DNA of 64,000 nucleotides from Amoebophrya sp. A120 (Eukaryota > Protista > Dinoflagellata). A program made the translations under genes and the position numbers. Position 1 is the first letter of the stretch. Each line of letters opens with the position of its first letter. Under the pieces are notes generated by a model. That model searched no databases, was not told the origin of the DNA, and saw only the letters and a program-made list of their open reading frames with translations. The stretch is taken from positions 2,904,089 through 2,968,088 of the forward strand of contig CAJINV010000001.1 in assembly GCA_905178155.1 (NCBI GenBank). Direction: 5' to 3'. Below are positions 34,274-45,357 of this stretch, piece after piece.

Positions 34274-37200
34274 CTATTCGCCGGCAATTTCAACGATATT
34301 CTCCATGCTTCGCACAAAAGCTTTATCAGTTAGCTCAGGTGTGTGTTTGTGCGGACGGACAAGCGTTGTCGCGCCTGCAGGTCCGTGCAGCACTTTGTGA
34401 GACCCCTTGCAATTCAGTCGAATTTGCGGTCTCGTTGCACCACCGCCGTTGCTGTCCGACTGTGTAGACGAGTCAAGGCTGACCAGCCCAGCGCGGCACA
34501 GCAGCCGGAGGCCTTTCTTCGTTTGGCGCCATCTCATGCGCTTTTGCACAACCGCCCCCAGAACTGCTCGCGCCCGCGCCAGCCGGCCGACTTTGGTTTG
34601 GTCCGTCGGCCATGTGGCGCCAGCGTTCACTGCTGACTGGCGGACTGCATCTTCCGAGGCGACGCCCGCTTCGTCTTCCCACCGCTGCCGAAATTGTTCT
34701 GCGCGCGCCATTGCAGATTCCAAGAATTTGGATTTCCTGGACGAAGATTTCGCGTCACTCCCGCCACGGGTTTTGACTTTGACCCCTTTAGTTGTACAAG
34801 ATAGGAGCAGCACTCTATCGCCTGCATCTGCCGCCCCGGAGTCTTCACTAATCCTAGGGCTCTTGTTCCTCGAAGAAGCTGCAGATGAACACTGGTCACG
34901 TTTACGTTCAGCACCACCAAGTAGCACTGCTGCTTCAGCGCGGACACCTTCGCCGAAGGCGGCGTCATAGCTTGGATCTGACATGACCTCTCCAAGCGCC
35001 TCTGCATCTGGACATCCAATTAGCGCGGCTTCGAGGACCTGTTCGGCACTGAGATCCGTTGGGTCATTACTGGCGCTTGAGGAGTCGCTGGGCGACGGGT
35101 CCCAGAACTGGTTTTCAAGGAACAGGTCGATCGGGTCTTCCGGTTGTGGCAAGGCGAAGGGCACGCGTCCCGTGATACAGCGACGATTAGGCTCCACCGC
35201 TCCCACGCACCCGCTCTCAAGCAGAAAGTGCTCGAGTGAGTCAATCATTTGCTGGTCTCCCGGTGCACTATCGCCCCGTGTTATCCAGTGTTGACACCCA
35301 TGCGGGAAGCCTCCGCTCAGGATTTCCGGGCGCGAGCCGTGGAAAACTGCACCGAAGCACGCACGCATGCGACGCTCACCCAGCCGAGTCAGCCAATGCA
35401 TGCGCCTCGCGTTCCACCATTTGTTGTGACCAACCATACCATAGAAATCCTTGTTCTCCCAGGTGTCGGCTTTCGAGAGGAAGCGACTCCGCAAGCCGTT
35501 GTTTTGAACAATGACGAGGCGCTTTTGAACTAGGAAGGTGGCCATGGTGTCCTCTTCGCCACACTTTTCGCGGCGAGAAAACTCGCGGAAATCAAGGATC
35601 TCAAAGGAAATGAAAGGCGCTGACTCCACCTGAATCTGTGAAGGTGACACAGGCTTTCGGGAAACCCAAAATCCGCGAGCCACAGTGTCGCTGTCTGCTC
35701 GGAGACATTTCGTTGTCGCTCCGGCAGATGGGCATGAATCTTGTTCCGCGGTGAAGCGGTCCTCTTTTCCTGTTCTAGAAGCGCGGCTGCTGCACGTCCC
35801 TCCCGGCGCTGGCTTTGTTTTATCCTTGTTTCTCTTGCCATGGGGCTGCTCTGTCGGTGTTTTCTTCTTGCTGGGCGAGGGGGTACTACACTTGTTCTGC
35901 TGCATGTTCGCAGCTGCATCATCTTCAGCACGGTGCGCTGTTTCCTCTGTGTCTGCCAGCACGTCGTGAAATGGAACGACTTGGGAGACCAGGAAGGCCT
36001 GCTGTGGTGTGTCGGTCGAAGCGAGATAGGCTACGATTGGGCGGCTTTTTTCCCAGAAAAGATAAAGCCACCGCTCCGGGGTCGTCGCGCTCTGAAACGG
36101 CGGGCACAATGACGGAAGGCAGATCGACTGGCGCGCCCGAACGATATCCGGAACAGCTTGCGCGAAGAACGAAGCTGCCAGTTTTTGCAGCTCCGGAATA
36201 CGTTGCTTTTTTTCGTCTTCCCGTGTGGCAAAAAGCTCTCCGACATGATAGAGGGCAACACGTGTGGATGGATCTTCGCTGGTCCAATCTTCGAGCGGTG
36301 CGGTCGGCGACCAAGCGCTTTTGAGGGGCTGGATTCGCCGCTTCCTAATTTTCTTCATCGAGGTGTGGACGGAACGCTGGCAAGAAAGCTTGCCCAAGTA
36401 TTCATCCCAGAAAGGATCTTCCTCCCCACAATGCTTGCACGGTTGCGGCGAGCATTTGTCCACCTCGTCACCCTCCAGAATGGCCTGCAACGCAGCATGA
36501 CATTTCGACGTGAAACATTTTGCGATGGTTTCTGCGAAATCATCCTCGCTCACCTTTGTCGCCGTGGCCTTTTTATGACCTTGTGACGTTTTTTTCGGTC
36601 TCTGATCATCTGCGCTTTCTTTCTTTGCCTGCTTGACGGCATTCATCAGCTGCCTCCGCACTTTTCCCTGAAGCGCGTTGTCGCAAGCTCCCTCGGAAGG
36701 ATCTCCGAGACCCGATCCACAACTGGTTCCACTCGTACTCGGTTTAGACGAAGTAGAAGAAGATGAAGAACTCTCGGGCATCCATTTCTTGGCTCCGAGC
36801 AAAATTTCAGCCGCCCGCACAATCTCCGTCATCGCTCTGATATCGTGCACCGCTCGCGCAGCCCGGAGTCGACTGAGCGTCTCCTCAGCGTGCTGTACAA
36901 AAAAAGCCTCTTCCTCAGCTGCTGCCGGTTCGCTCCCCCCGGGGCCATTGGAAGCATCTTTTGCTGCATCATCCGGCTCATCCGGATCCTGTGAAACTAA
37001 ACGTAGATTCCCGGGCCAAATGTCCATGACTTTTTTGTTTTTCTGTCCAGGAAAGCGAATCACCACTTTGCCCGGAATTTCTGGGTGGTGGGCATCTTCG
37101 ACAAAGGCACGCTTCCCGTTCAGCTCCGCCGCTTTGCTGTTCGTTTTTGGGCAAAGTGAGTGAATTTCTACCAGGTCGAATCTAAAAAAGGGACAGGCCA

Positions 37201-37975
37201 GCGAGCGCTCAGACACCGGTCGACCACTGCCGCCGGCACCACCAGTAGACGCACAAATGGCAACGCTGTTTCCCCCCGCCTCGCCAGTCTTCCTCTTCTC
37301 GTCTTCGTCAACATCTTGGGTCCAATAATGTTTCGGAAGCGAAGGAGAACCTAACGCGTCCTCCATCAAAAAGTCGCCTCCGAACATGACGCGTCGGTCA
37401 AATTGGAACCGGATGTCGATCACTGCGACGACAACCATGTGTGTTTGCCTGTCAAAGCCGAGGTCTTTGAAGGTAACGTGATCATTTGTTCTCCCCAGGG
37501 ACAGTCGAGGTCTCGGTGGCACCGGCGCGTCTAAGTAGGGTTCGTATCCGAAGTCAGGCTCGTCAAGTCGGACTATGTCATACCGCGACGTCTTCACCAT
37601 CTCAGCATGCTCCTTGTGCGGCAGCTTCGCTGTTCGGTACCACGCATCGAGATTGTGGGCGGTAAGAGCCTCAAATTTACTGAGCACTCCACCTTCGTAC
37701 TTCCTCCCTGCGATCGGCACGAGCTCGAGCCCATGAGGGGTAAACAGAGCGAAGTAGTCCTTCATAATTGGTCTTTGAAACAACGCGGAGAGATTTTTGT
37801 TTGCGTTTGGTCCCTTATCGCGACAGGCTGTGTGCAGCAACTTTTCGTCATCGGAGGTCACTTCCTTTGGCCTCGTCTCCGGGCGGGCACTGCCCTTACT
37901 ATCGTCATCTTCCGAATCTTCGGAATCTGTAAGCAGGCTGTCCCATTTTTTGTAGGAGAACGCCAACGAGGCCAT
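34274..37975 (-). CDS. 1233-aa hypothetical protein with an SH3-like segment and a C-terminal HicA-like domain
   Basis: Long ORF. N-terminal YKKWDSL-acidic motif, VEIHSL..ELNGKRAFV...IWPGNL, and C-terminal KGSHKVLHG...LVRPH. Confidence 0.75.
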   Translation of the reverse strand: MASLAFSYKKWDSLLTDSEDSEDDDSKGSARPETRPKEVTSDDEKLLHTACRDKGPNANKNLSALFQRPIMKDYFALFTPHGLELVPIAGRKYEGGVLSKFEALTAHNLDAWYRTAKLPHKEHAEMVKTSRYDIVRLDEPDFGYEPYLDAPVPPRPRLSLGRTNDHVTFKDLGFDRQTHMVVVAVIDIRFQFDRRVMFGGDFLMEDALGSPSLPKHYWTQDVDEDEKRKTGEAGGNSVAICASTGGAGGSGRPVSERSLACPFFRFDLVEIHSLCPKTNSKAAELNGKRAFVEDAHHPEIPGKVVIRFPGQKNKKVMDIWPGNLRLVSQDPDEPDDAAKDASNGPGGSEPAAAEEEAFFVQHAEETLSRLRAARAVHDIRAMTEIVRAAEILLGAKKWMPESSSSSSTSSKPSTSGTSCGSGLGDPSEGACDNALQGKVRRQLMNAVKQAKKESADDQRPKKTSQGHKKATATKVSEDDFAETIAKCFTSKCHAALQAILEGDEVDKCSPQPCKHCGEEDPFWDEYLGKLSCQRSVHTSMKKIRKRRIQPLKSAWSPTAPLEDWTSEDPSTRVALYHVGELFATREDEKKQRIPELQKLAASFFAQAVPDIVRARQSICLPSLCPPFQSATTPERWLYLFWEKSRPIVAYLASTDTPQQAFLVSQVVPFHDVLADTEETAHRAEDDAAANMQQNKCSTPSPSKKKTPTEQPHGKRNKDKTKPAPGGTCSSRASRTGKEDRFTAEQDSCPSAGATTKCLRADSDTVARGFWVSRKPVSPSQIQVESAPFISFEILDFREFSRREKCGEEDTMATFLVQKRLVIVQNNGLRSRFLSKADTWENKDFYGMVGHNKWWNARRMHWLTRLGERRMRACFGAVFHGSRPEILSGGFPHGCQHWITRGDSAPGDQQMIDSLEHFLLESGCVGAVEPNRRCITGRVPFALPQPEDPIDLFLENQFWDPSPSDSSSASNDPTDLSAEQVLEAALIGCPDAEALGEVMSDPSYDAAFGEGVRAEAAVLLGGAERKRDQCSSAASSRNKSPRISEDSGAADAGDRVLLLSCTTKGVKVKTRGGSDAKSSSRKSKFLESAMARAEQFRQRWEDEAGVASEDAVRQSAVNAGATWPTDQTKVGRLARARAVLGAVVQKRMRWRQTKKGLRLLCRAGLVSLDSSTQSDSNGGGATRPQIRLNCKGSHKVLHGPAGATTLVRPHKHTPELTDKAFVRSMENIVEIAGE

Positions 37976-38603
37976 TGTGTATGATATTCAGAATCAAGTA
38001 CTACATTTTACAGTTTAGAAGTACGCGGAGATGTTTCGGCTGACTTGTCGCGGAGTCGGAGTCCTACCAGCTGCAGCTCTTCTTTTACATATAAACGCCT
38101 TAATCGGCGACACGCAGGGCTTCTTGTTCTAATTATGCACTGATGAACCGCGTACGTGCACGTACTGCTACAAAAGACGATAGCTATGCAAGAAGACATC
38201 TAACACAGCAAAATGAACAGGAAGCTGGTGTAGGACTTGGCCACGCATTATTTGGGGTAGCATGTTGCGGTCCGCGAGATCATTTCAAATAAAAGCAAAA
38301 ACCTGAAGATCTTCGTACGATAGTTGTGAAGAAACACCGAGTGATATTCACTCTTGGTACTGGTGAAGTGCGGTGACCACGACGCTGACTTCTACAGAAC
38401 ATACAACGGCAACATGGCACCAAGTGACACATTAAACGTTAAGGCTAGGAATAAGGTTTCTGCTTGAGATATTAAGATGCGCTTTTATGGCTCCTTGTAT
38501 GTTGTTCAATGAAGTTTGAGTTGTTTGCATCGGTCGTCGGCATTGGGATCGGTTTTGATATTTGCAATGCTGTAAAGTTACAAATACGACCAAAATGAGG
38601 TCG

Positions 38604-40733
38604 TCATCTGTGGAACTGGTGTCTCGAGCCTCGTATACGTTTTTCATCAGACTTCTTGCGCGTCGCGCCACCCCTGCTTGCGTTGCGTTTCCTGGTGCTG
38701 CTCCTCGGCGCGTCCCGGGACGCAGCTGCGCTCTCATGCTTTGAGACCAAGGTAGCCTGCTTGTCCGCTTCCGCTCTCATCTTTTCGCGCCACTCGGTGT
38801 CCATCCGCGTTTGTGGCAGGCTTTCCTCGTGTGTGTCGTCGTACTCGGTCTGTTTCAAATTTTCCGGAAGTCCAGCCCAGGCACATGGCATGATGATCAC
38901 GTCTTGCTCGGGTAGTTCTGGCGAATTCGGATCGTTTTCAAGCCACTCCCAATATGCGTGGTCCTGCCATTGTATCTGCAACCACTCGCAGAAGTCACGA
39001 AACACTTCGGCAAGCAGGACGGGTCGGTTTATGTCGCTCAAAACTCGTCGTGTACCTACTGTGCTCACAACTCGAATAAACATCTGCACGCCACACCGAT
39101 AGTAGTTGCGACGCAAGGCCGCCGCCCTGTGGTCGTCCCCGAGCGGAAACATCTGGGGCCAGGGACGCAGCACAACCTTGTTCGCAAAGGTGTGCTCCGC
39201 CATGGAGAAGAGACGACGCAACTTACTTTCCACGAAGCCCTCCCACTGGGCGAAGCGTTCCTCCGTTCTCGCAACGATCATGATGCGAACATAGTCATCC
39301 GCGAAGAGGGGACCCTTTTCGTTCTCAGAGGTTACACGTGGCAAAATTTCAGCACTTCCTCCTTGGTCTGCCGGTGCTGCATGTGGTAAAGCCGGTTTGG
39401 GTTTTGCAAAAAAGGGCGCTGGCGCATATACGTCGCTCCATTGTTTCGAGCCTTCAAACACCAGCTGCGTGCATTGCCGAGCCCTCCTGAACTCCGCTAC
39501 CAGCGCGGCCCGCGTCGTTTGTGTCACATTAAAAGTAGTGTTCATCGCGGGAAAGGCTGGTGTTATCACTGGCATCAACTCTGCTGACCCTTCCGGATCC
39601 CACACGCGAAACGCGTCTTCATTAACCGCCCGCAGTGGCCGACGCAACCGCCAGCCAGTGCTACGTGGGGGAATAGCGGTTGCCTCGCGGATCGGTGACA
39701 GCAGTGCTGGCGCTTGCGGGCCCCAGTTTTGCCTTTTCCTGTCGCAAAACACGAAGAAGCGATGAACGATACCCGCCGCGTTGTGATTTGGGTAAAGCTG
39801 GCATACTTTTGCCACCAAGATCGCCCACGTGATGCCCCCGAAAAAACCGAGCTTGTTGCTGGAAAGGCCGCGGCATTTCGCCCAGTGTTTGACGAAGCGC
39901 AGCGCCGTACGGAAAACGAGTTTATTCTCACCTGGTACGCATGCTAAGATCGCAGCGTTGGTACGATATCCGTTCAGACTCCGCACACTCTCTTCCTCGA
40001 GGCCAATCAGCACAGAATCGTCAAGAAGATTTGTCTCTGCAGCTGTGAAATCGAGAGCGTCGACGTCTAGCCTAGCAAAGCTAAGATCGATCGCTTGGCC
40101 CTCGATGCGCATGGATATAATGGGCGTGTATGCGTGCTCCGCGGAGACAATGTCGGAAATCCTGTACTTTTCGCTATACTGCTTCAACCTTTTGACCAGG
40201 TCCCGGAAAAAATGCTCCCGCGTGATGTGCCTCGGCACCACACAGACGCAGTCAATGTCACTGGACTTTGTTACGACGCCCAACTGCATGCCGCCAAACA
40301 CGAAGAGTCGAACCAGGTCGGATTTCGTAGTTCGCGCTGAACAAGAACTTCTTGTCATCTCTGGGTTCTTGTCACTTATCCTCGGGATATCCCTCGCCCA
40401 CTTCTGCAGAACGCGGGTGAGCGACTGGCTGAGGATTCTGTACCGATTCGTTATTCGCGCTGGCGCCTCGCTGGGGGCGTCGCGGTCCAGGGCCTCAAGA
40501 AGACCAGGTAGATGGAGATTGTCTACAGGTGGAGAGTCGCCGACAGTGCACGGCTCAGGTTCTGAGCGATTTTTCCTTGCATATCTAGAATGATCATCGC
40601 GGCCCCCGTGAGTAGAACTGGTGTACCGCGTGGTCGGGTTGAAGCGGTGGACCGGCGTTGCGGTGGAAGTAGCGGCAGGCACGTCGTGCTTGCCCGCACG
40701 TCTACTCGGTGTCGGGCTCAGCTCAGCCTGCAT
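38604..40733 (-). CDS. PAP: Second poly(A) polymerase, intronless paralog
   Basis: FGGMQLGV..SDIDCVCVVPRHITREHFF, AIDLSFARL, SLNGYRTN, LGFFGGITWAILVAKVCQLYPN, MPVITPAFPAMNTTFNV and WEGFVESKLRR in one 709-aa ORF. Confidence 0.93.
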   Translation of the reverse strand: MQAELSPTPSRRAGKHDVPAATSTATPVHRFNPTTRYTSSTHGGRDDHSRYARKNRSEPEPCTVGDSPPVDNLHLPGLLEALDRDAPSEAPARITNRYRILSQSLTRVLQKWARDIPRISDKNPEMTRSSCSARTTKSDLVRLFVFGGMQLGVVTKSSDIDCVCVVPRHITREHFFRDLVKRLKQYSEKYRISDIVSAEHAYTPIISMRIEGQAIDLSFARLDVDALDFTAAETNLLDDSVLIGLEEESVRSLNGYRTNAAILACVPGENKLVFRTALRFVKHWAKCRGLSSNKLGFFGGITWAILVAKVCQLYPNHNAAGIVHRFFVFCDRKRQNWGPQAPALLSPIREATAIPPRSTGWRLRRPLRAVNEDAFRVWDPEGSAELMPVITPAFPAMNTTFNVTQTTRAALVAEFRRARQCTQLVFEGSKQWSDVYAPAPFFAKPKPALPHAAPADQGGSAEILPRVTSENEKGPLFADDYVRIMIVARTEERFAQWEGFVESKLRRLFSMAEHTFANKVVLRPWPQMFPLGDDHRAAALRRNYYRCGVQMFIRVVSTVGTRRVLSDINRPVLLAEVFRDFCEWLQIQWQDHAYWEWLENDPNSPELPEQDVIIMPCAWAGLPENLKQTEYDDTHEESLPQTRMDTEWREKMRAEADKQATLVSKHESAAASRDAPRSSTRKRNASRGGATRKKSDEKRIRGSRHQFHR

Positions 40734-41342
40734 TAGGTTTATTAGGATGTTGTGCTGGAAATCTACATGGGATCGCTGTATTATTTTACAAACCTATTAT
40801 ATTAAGGAGCCAAAGTACTTAGTTTGAGTTTCAACTCCACCCTCATATTAATTGAGACGCAACTTCCACTCCTTCGTTTCCCATGGGCAACACGAAGTGC
40901 GAGTTCTTACTGAATAAAACACGATAAAATACTCAAACGGCTCTCACTGTATTTGACTTGAATGACAATGACGACCACGACTGAAAAATGAAGACGACAG
41001 CTCGGCTGACTTTGTGTACGGCTGAGCCTGCAATATATAATGGATCCTGTGACCACCATGTATGACCTCCTCGTTTCTGGTTACTAGACATCGATCTGTA
41101 GTTCGCCAGCGGCTGAACAAGAACGAAATGCGATGGTGCGCTGCATGCATGAAAATGAAGAACAACAATAAATGAATTTGAAAGGTCCCATTTGAAAACA
41201 TAATTGCATCGAGGGTTTACCTTTAGGCTTTTTAGCTGGCTTAAAAAAATCATCCAGAAGTGGTGAAAGTGTTTTCCCCTCGACAAACGGAAGTGCTTGT
41301 TGTGCCTCGCTTTTTATTCTTCACAACTTTATTCACATCAAT

Positions 41343-42267
41343 TTACAGCTTGTAGTAGGCTTTGATTTGCGGCACTTCGAGCATTTTCGCAATGTACTCG
41401 ATTATCCACGGGAATGCGTCCAGAGAGTCCGTCGGCACGTGGTCCGCGATGCCGCCCTGGTAGTAGCGTAATTGCGGAAGCCACTGCAAGTCCGCGATGG
41501 TGACGTCTTTGCCGCAGAGAAAGGGCCCTCCGTTTTCCTCCAAAAGCTTCTTGAGGTAGCCCATGAACCGTGGTAATTCTTCCGCAAGAAACGTGGTCCG
41601 AAGCTTCTGGACCGTCGCGTCTCGCTCCGGCCACTCCTCGGGGTGCCCGAAATTCACGTGCCGGTTACTCATGCCAATGTACAAAGCCGGTGTCCAGGAC
41701 CGGAACATATCATCGGAGAGGCCGCGGACCTGATAAAAGTGTATAATAGTGATGTTGATGTAGTGACATAGACGATTTGCAATCCACATCCAATAATTCT
41801 ACGTCGTGTATCCTTTGACGACTCGCCCTGGAGACTGCGCGGGTTTGGAGAAAACATCACACGCTGCAGCTCGAAAAACATAAACATTCGTTTATATTGT
41901 TCACATCGCACGTTGGAAGCTGCGCCTCAGAAAATAGTTGTACGTCATCCACTAAAGCGCACTTGACGGGGTCGTGTTCCGGGTAGAGAGTCTTGGTCGT
42001 GTCGAACTGCCGGGCGACGTAGGTCATGAGCCCGATGCTCTGGCAGAACCTCTTCGTCGAGCCGTCTTCGAAGGTAAGATCCAGAAGCGGCATCTGTCCA
42101 TACGGCGTCGTGGGTTTCAAAGCCTGCCAGTCCGGAAATTTCACGCGGTTATCCTCAAACTCCTTCCCGGTCATGACGAAAGCGAGCCGCACCCGCTCCC
42201 CCGCGCCAGCGATCGGAAAATAGGTGAACTTGCATTTCGGGTACTCCGGTGGAATAGCAGCAGCCAT
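41343..42267 (-). CDS. GST: Glutathione S-transferase (sigma-like). Exons 42267-41944 and 41729-41343
   Basis: FTYFPIAGAGERVRLAF, TPYGQMPLL, FCQSIG and GPFLCGKDVTIADL. One GTACAA...TCAG intron. Confidence 0.92.
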
Positions 42268-42785
42268 CGTGGAAAAGTCTTGATGAATGAAGTAGGAAAG
42301 CGTGCGCTTCAAAACAGGTGAGAAAAACGACAACGTGCCTCTACTATGGAGATGCCGGCAATTTTTGTACGGGCTGTGACAATGATACCGAGATGATTTT
42401 TCCGAGTTATCTTTTGTTGAAGAAACCGAAGCAAGAAATCCCGGACCTGAAGATCTAAAAGCGCTTTTTCTTCCAAGTAAGCGTTGCATGTACTAGATCT
42501 GGAAAAGGCAAAATGGTCTGAACAACTATACAACAAGTCGGAACCCATACGCCAGAAAACTGCGGGAGCAGGGGGGTCTCTGTTATTCTCTTTTTGCATC
42601 TTCAGTGCGATAGCACCTGCCATCATTTTGTTTCTTTTGCGTTTCACACTTCTCGTTTGCATACATTTGCAGTAGGCCTTCATGTCTTTGTTTCTGAGAC
42701 ACATCATCTTTACACCACTCGTAACATCTACATCGCTCGGTGAAAGCAACCTTTATTTGCATCGTATGCGTCCTGCCACATTTTC

Positions 42786-44726
42786 TCATGCCGTTCCACC
42801 GGTCCCCGCGTCGACAAAGTGGACAAACTGATTGCTTGCGGAACTCGGTTGGCCGACTCGTCCTCCGGAAGCGCTACTCACTGAACTACCACCAACAGTG
42901 CCTCGCCGCCGAGATGTTGAAGCGGATCGGGGGTTTGTTGATAGGGCTGCACGACTGGACGAGGACGAAGGATTGTTCAGTGCCGGAGCTGGATCGGCGG
43001 TCGTACTGGACGAAGCAGCCGCCGCACTTGGAGTATTCGGAGGCGCCTGCGCCTGCCGCGTTCTTCCCCCTTCATCTGCCCCAGTCTGCTGTTCTCGGCT
43101 TCGGTACGCCAGCGGTGAACTCGAACTCTGTAAGAAAGCGGGCGGAAAGCAGAGAAAGCTCCCCGGCGAGCCAGCGGCGGTGTTGCACGACAACGTCCAG
43201 ACGACCCTACCGTCCGGGAGACAGTGCATCACGAAGTTCTGCTGTCGCCGAGCCTCGTCCTCCTCTTCACCAACGAGCGCGCGACGGAGGCGCGGCCCGA
43301 CAACGCGCACGCGGCGGGTGTTGTGTGGCGTCTGCAATCGGTGACCACTGGTCGGTATTTCCTCTAGTTCATGGCCGCCTTGTTGACCGAAGAACGGCAG
43401 TGCGCCGGTTGTCCGGAATACATTGTCAAGATTAGAAGTAGTTCCCGTATGCATGTAGTTGCCGGTCGTTTCGGCGCCGCCACCTGGTGCGCCGACGACT
43501 CTTGTGGAAGCTCCTAACACGCCATCCACGTCCAACGAAATGGAATTGCCTACTGCGGTATTGTTTGTTGGGGTGGGAAACGGCGTTGGGGGCAGGGCCT
43601 CGCAAGGATGGCGATACGTTCCTGATAAAGCCGCGACCTCATAGTCCTCCAAACCGACTCCTTCTTGGCGAGACCTGAACCTTCCCCCTGGTGGTACAAA
43701 GCCTGAGTCGACCTCTCTCGGTAAAATCGTACTCATCGTCCCGAGGTTCACCTCTGCTGGTGGTGCTGGGTCTACTTGCACAAGTTCTGGACCAGCTCCG
43801 GCGTCCGCGGAAGGAGCAGCGGTTGCACTTGTTCCTGCCATGCTTTGTCCTGAAGAGAATGCAGCTGGGAGAGTGGCCCTGGACGATATCTGTTGCGCAG
43901 CCCATCTGCCAGCCAGGCCCATCCACCCTAATGGAAAACTCGACGACCCGGCGCTTAGGTTGTAGTCTTGTTGCGCGAAGATTCTATTACTGCTCGACGG
44001 CGCGGCACCACGTCGCGCTGCGGACACTGCTTGCCCATTGTTCAGGGATAATCCCAATCCCCCCGCACGACCCCCGCCGTCACGAGAGTCTGGATTGCGG
44101 GTTGGCAACAGTGTCGGGCTGGTCGTCCGTTTCAGGGTGGGATAGGACACAGCGAAGTACGTGCCCCCACTTCCGGGGGCAGGATGGCGAGTTTCCGAAG
44201 TCCATCGCGTTCGCGCAGGGAGTGTGCTGCGGGAATTGAGGTTTTGGCCACGCGGCTGGACGGGCGGCGGTGGGCCAGCACCGCTGCGATGGCCAGTTGT
44301 TGGGGCGGGAGAAGACGATGGTGCGGAAGAACTACTGTGACCTCTATCAGCGCGCGAAGCCGCTGCAGTGGGGTAGCCTAGACCCTGCTGGAGATTCTTA
44401 TGCGCCTGCTCCTGCCGGCGTCGTATGTCCTGCCGCATCCGCAACAAAAAAGGCGACTCCGCGGGGCTGGAGGGTGGCGGTTGGGGCATGTGCGAAGGGG
44501 ACGCCCCCGTGGACCCGGCCTGCGCTTCATCGTATCGCGGCGAGGCAGAACTGGCGGAGGACGTGCTGGAGCGGGCGGAGTCCTCCTGCGAGCTGCGCGT
44601 ACTGCTGGGCGTTTGCAGCTCAGGGGGAGGAAATCTCGCCGATTGGGCCTTGTGCCGTAAGCGGACACCCCGACAGGACGGCACACTCCAACCAAAAAGG
44701 ATGGCGAGGAAGTGCAGGGTGATCAT
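42786..44726 (-). CDS. Putative secreted low-complexity S/P/G/A-rich protein
   Basis: 646-aa ORF with a hydrophobic N-terminus MITLHFLAILFGWSVPSCRG. No recognisable domain. Confidence 0.6.
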   Translation of the reverse strand: MITLHFLAILFGWSVPSCRGVRLRHKAQSARFPPPELQTPSSTRSSQEDSARSSTSSASSASPRYDEAQAGSTGASPSHMPQPPPSSPAESPFLLRMRQDIRRRQEQAHKNLQQGLGYPTAAASRADRGHSSSSAPSSSPAPTTGHRSGAGPPPPVQPRGQNLNSRSTLPARTRWTSETRHPAPGSGGTYFAVSYPTLKRTTSPTLLPTRNPDSRDGGGRAGGLGLSLNNGQAVSAARRGAAPSSSNRIFAQQDYNLSAGSSSFPLGWMGLAGRWAAQQISSRATLPAAFSSGQSMAGTSATAAPSADAGAGPELVQVDPAPPAEVNLGTMSTILPREVDSGFVPPGGRFRSRQEGVGLEDYEVAALSGTYRHPCEALPPTPFPTPTNNTAVGNSISLDVDGVLGASTRVVGAPGGGAETTGNYMHTGTTSNLDNVFRTTGALPFFGQQGGHELEEIPTSGHRLQTPHNTRRVRVVGPRLRRALVGEEEDEARRQQNFVMHCLPDGRVVWTLSCNTAAGSPGSFLCFPPAFLQSSSSPLAYRSREQQTGADEGGRTRQAQAPPNTPSAAAASSSTTADPAPALNNPSSSSSRAALSTNPRSASTSRRRGTVGGSSVSSASGGRVGQPSSASNQFVHFVDAGTGGTA

Positions 44727-45357
44727 TCTGGTATCAAGACAAGGAAAAAGATTTCGATACAGAAAATTTCAAGGATGCGGCAAAGAGTCCAAATGCTGGA
44801 ACTGCAAAATCACGAAAAAAAGCTTCTGCGCCAAGGCCTGGATCGATGACAGGAAATTAAAAGTACAAAAATGTTGCGATTGCTACTAAACAAAGATCAT
44901 GCCCTCCATGTAGAAGCGTGATCGTGTGCTCGTGCCACAAAAGCAAAACATAGATACTGACGTATTATAGTAATTCGAAGATCGCTTTTCCTTTTTTTAC
45001 AGAAGGTCAAGACTAACAAGGGTGATCCAAACTGCCAAAAAGTCCACACGATCCTCTAGATCTACGTCTTGAAAAACATGCGGAACGAAGGCATTGGAAA
45101 AAGACTCTAGAAAATTGCACTTCCCCTTCCTTTTGCCAGGCACTGACACTGCAATAGGGGACACTGCTCTTCTTGTCTGTTGGTGTTGCTGTAAACTAAC
45201 ATTCCATGTATTAGGTAAGCCTATAATGCCAACACCATGATGATGATGCTGGAAAAGAAAACGGAATCGATTCATGTGTCTCTTTCTATGTGGGAAAAGA
45301 AAATAGTTTTGGCTCGCCGCGTTTGCCATTTTTGACATCGACATCACAGCTTCAACA

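Noticed and set aside
40807-40814. TTTGGCTC upstream of the intronless PAP as a possible SL relic
   Set aside because: Only 8 bp match, which is expected by chance.
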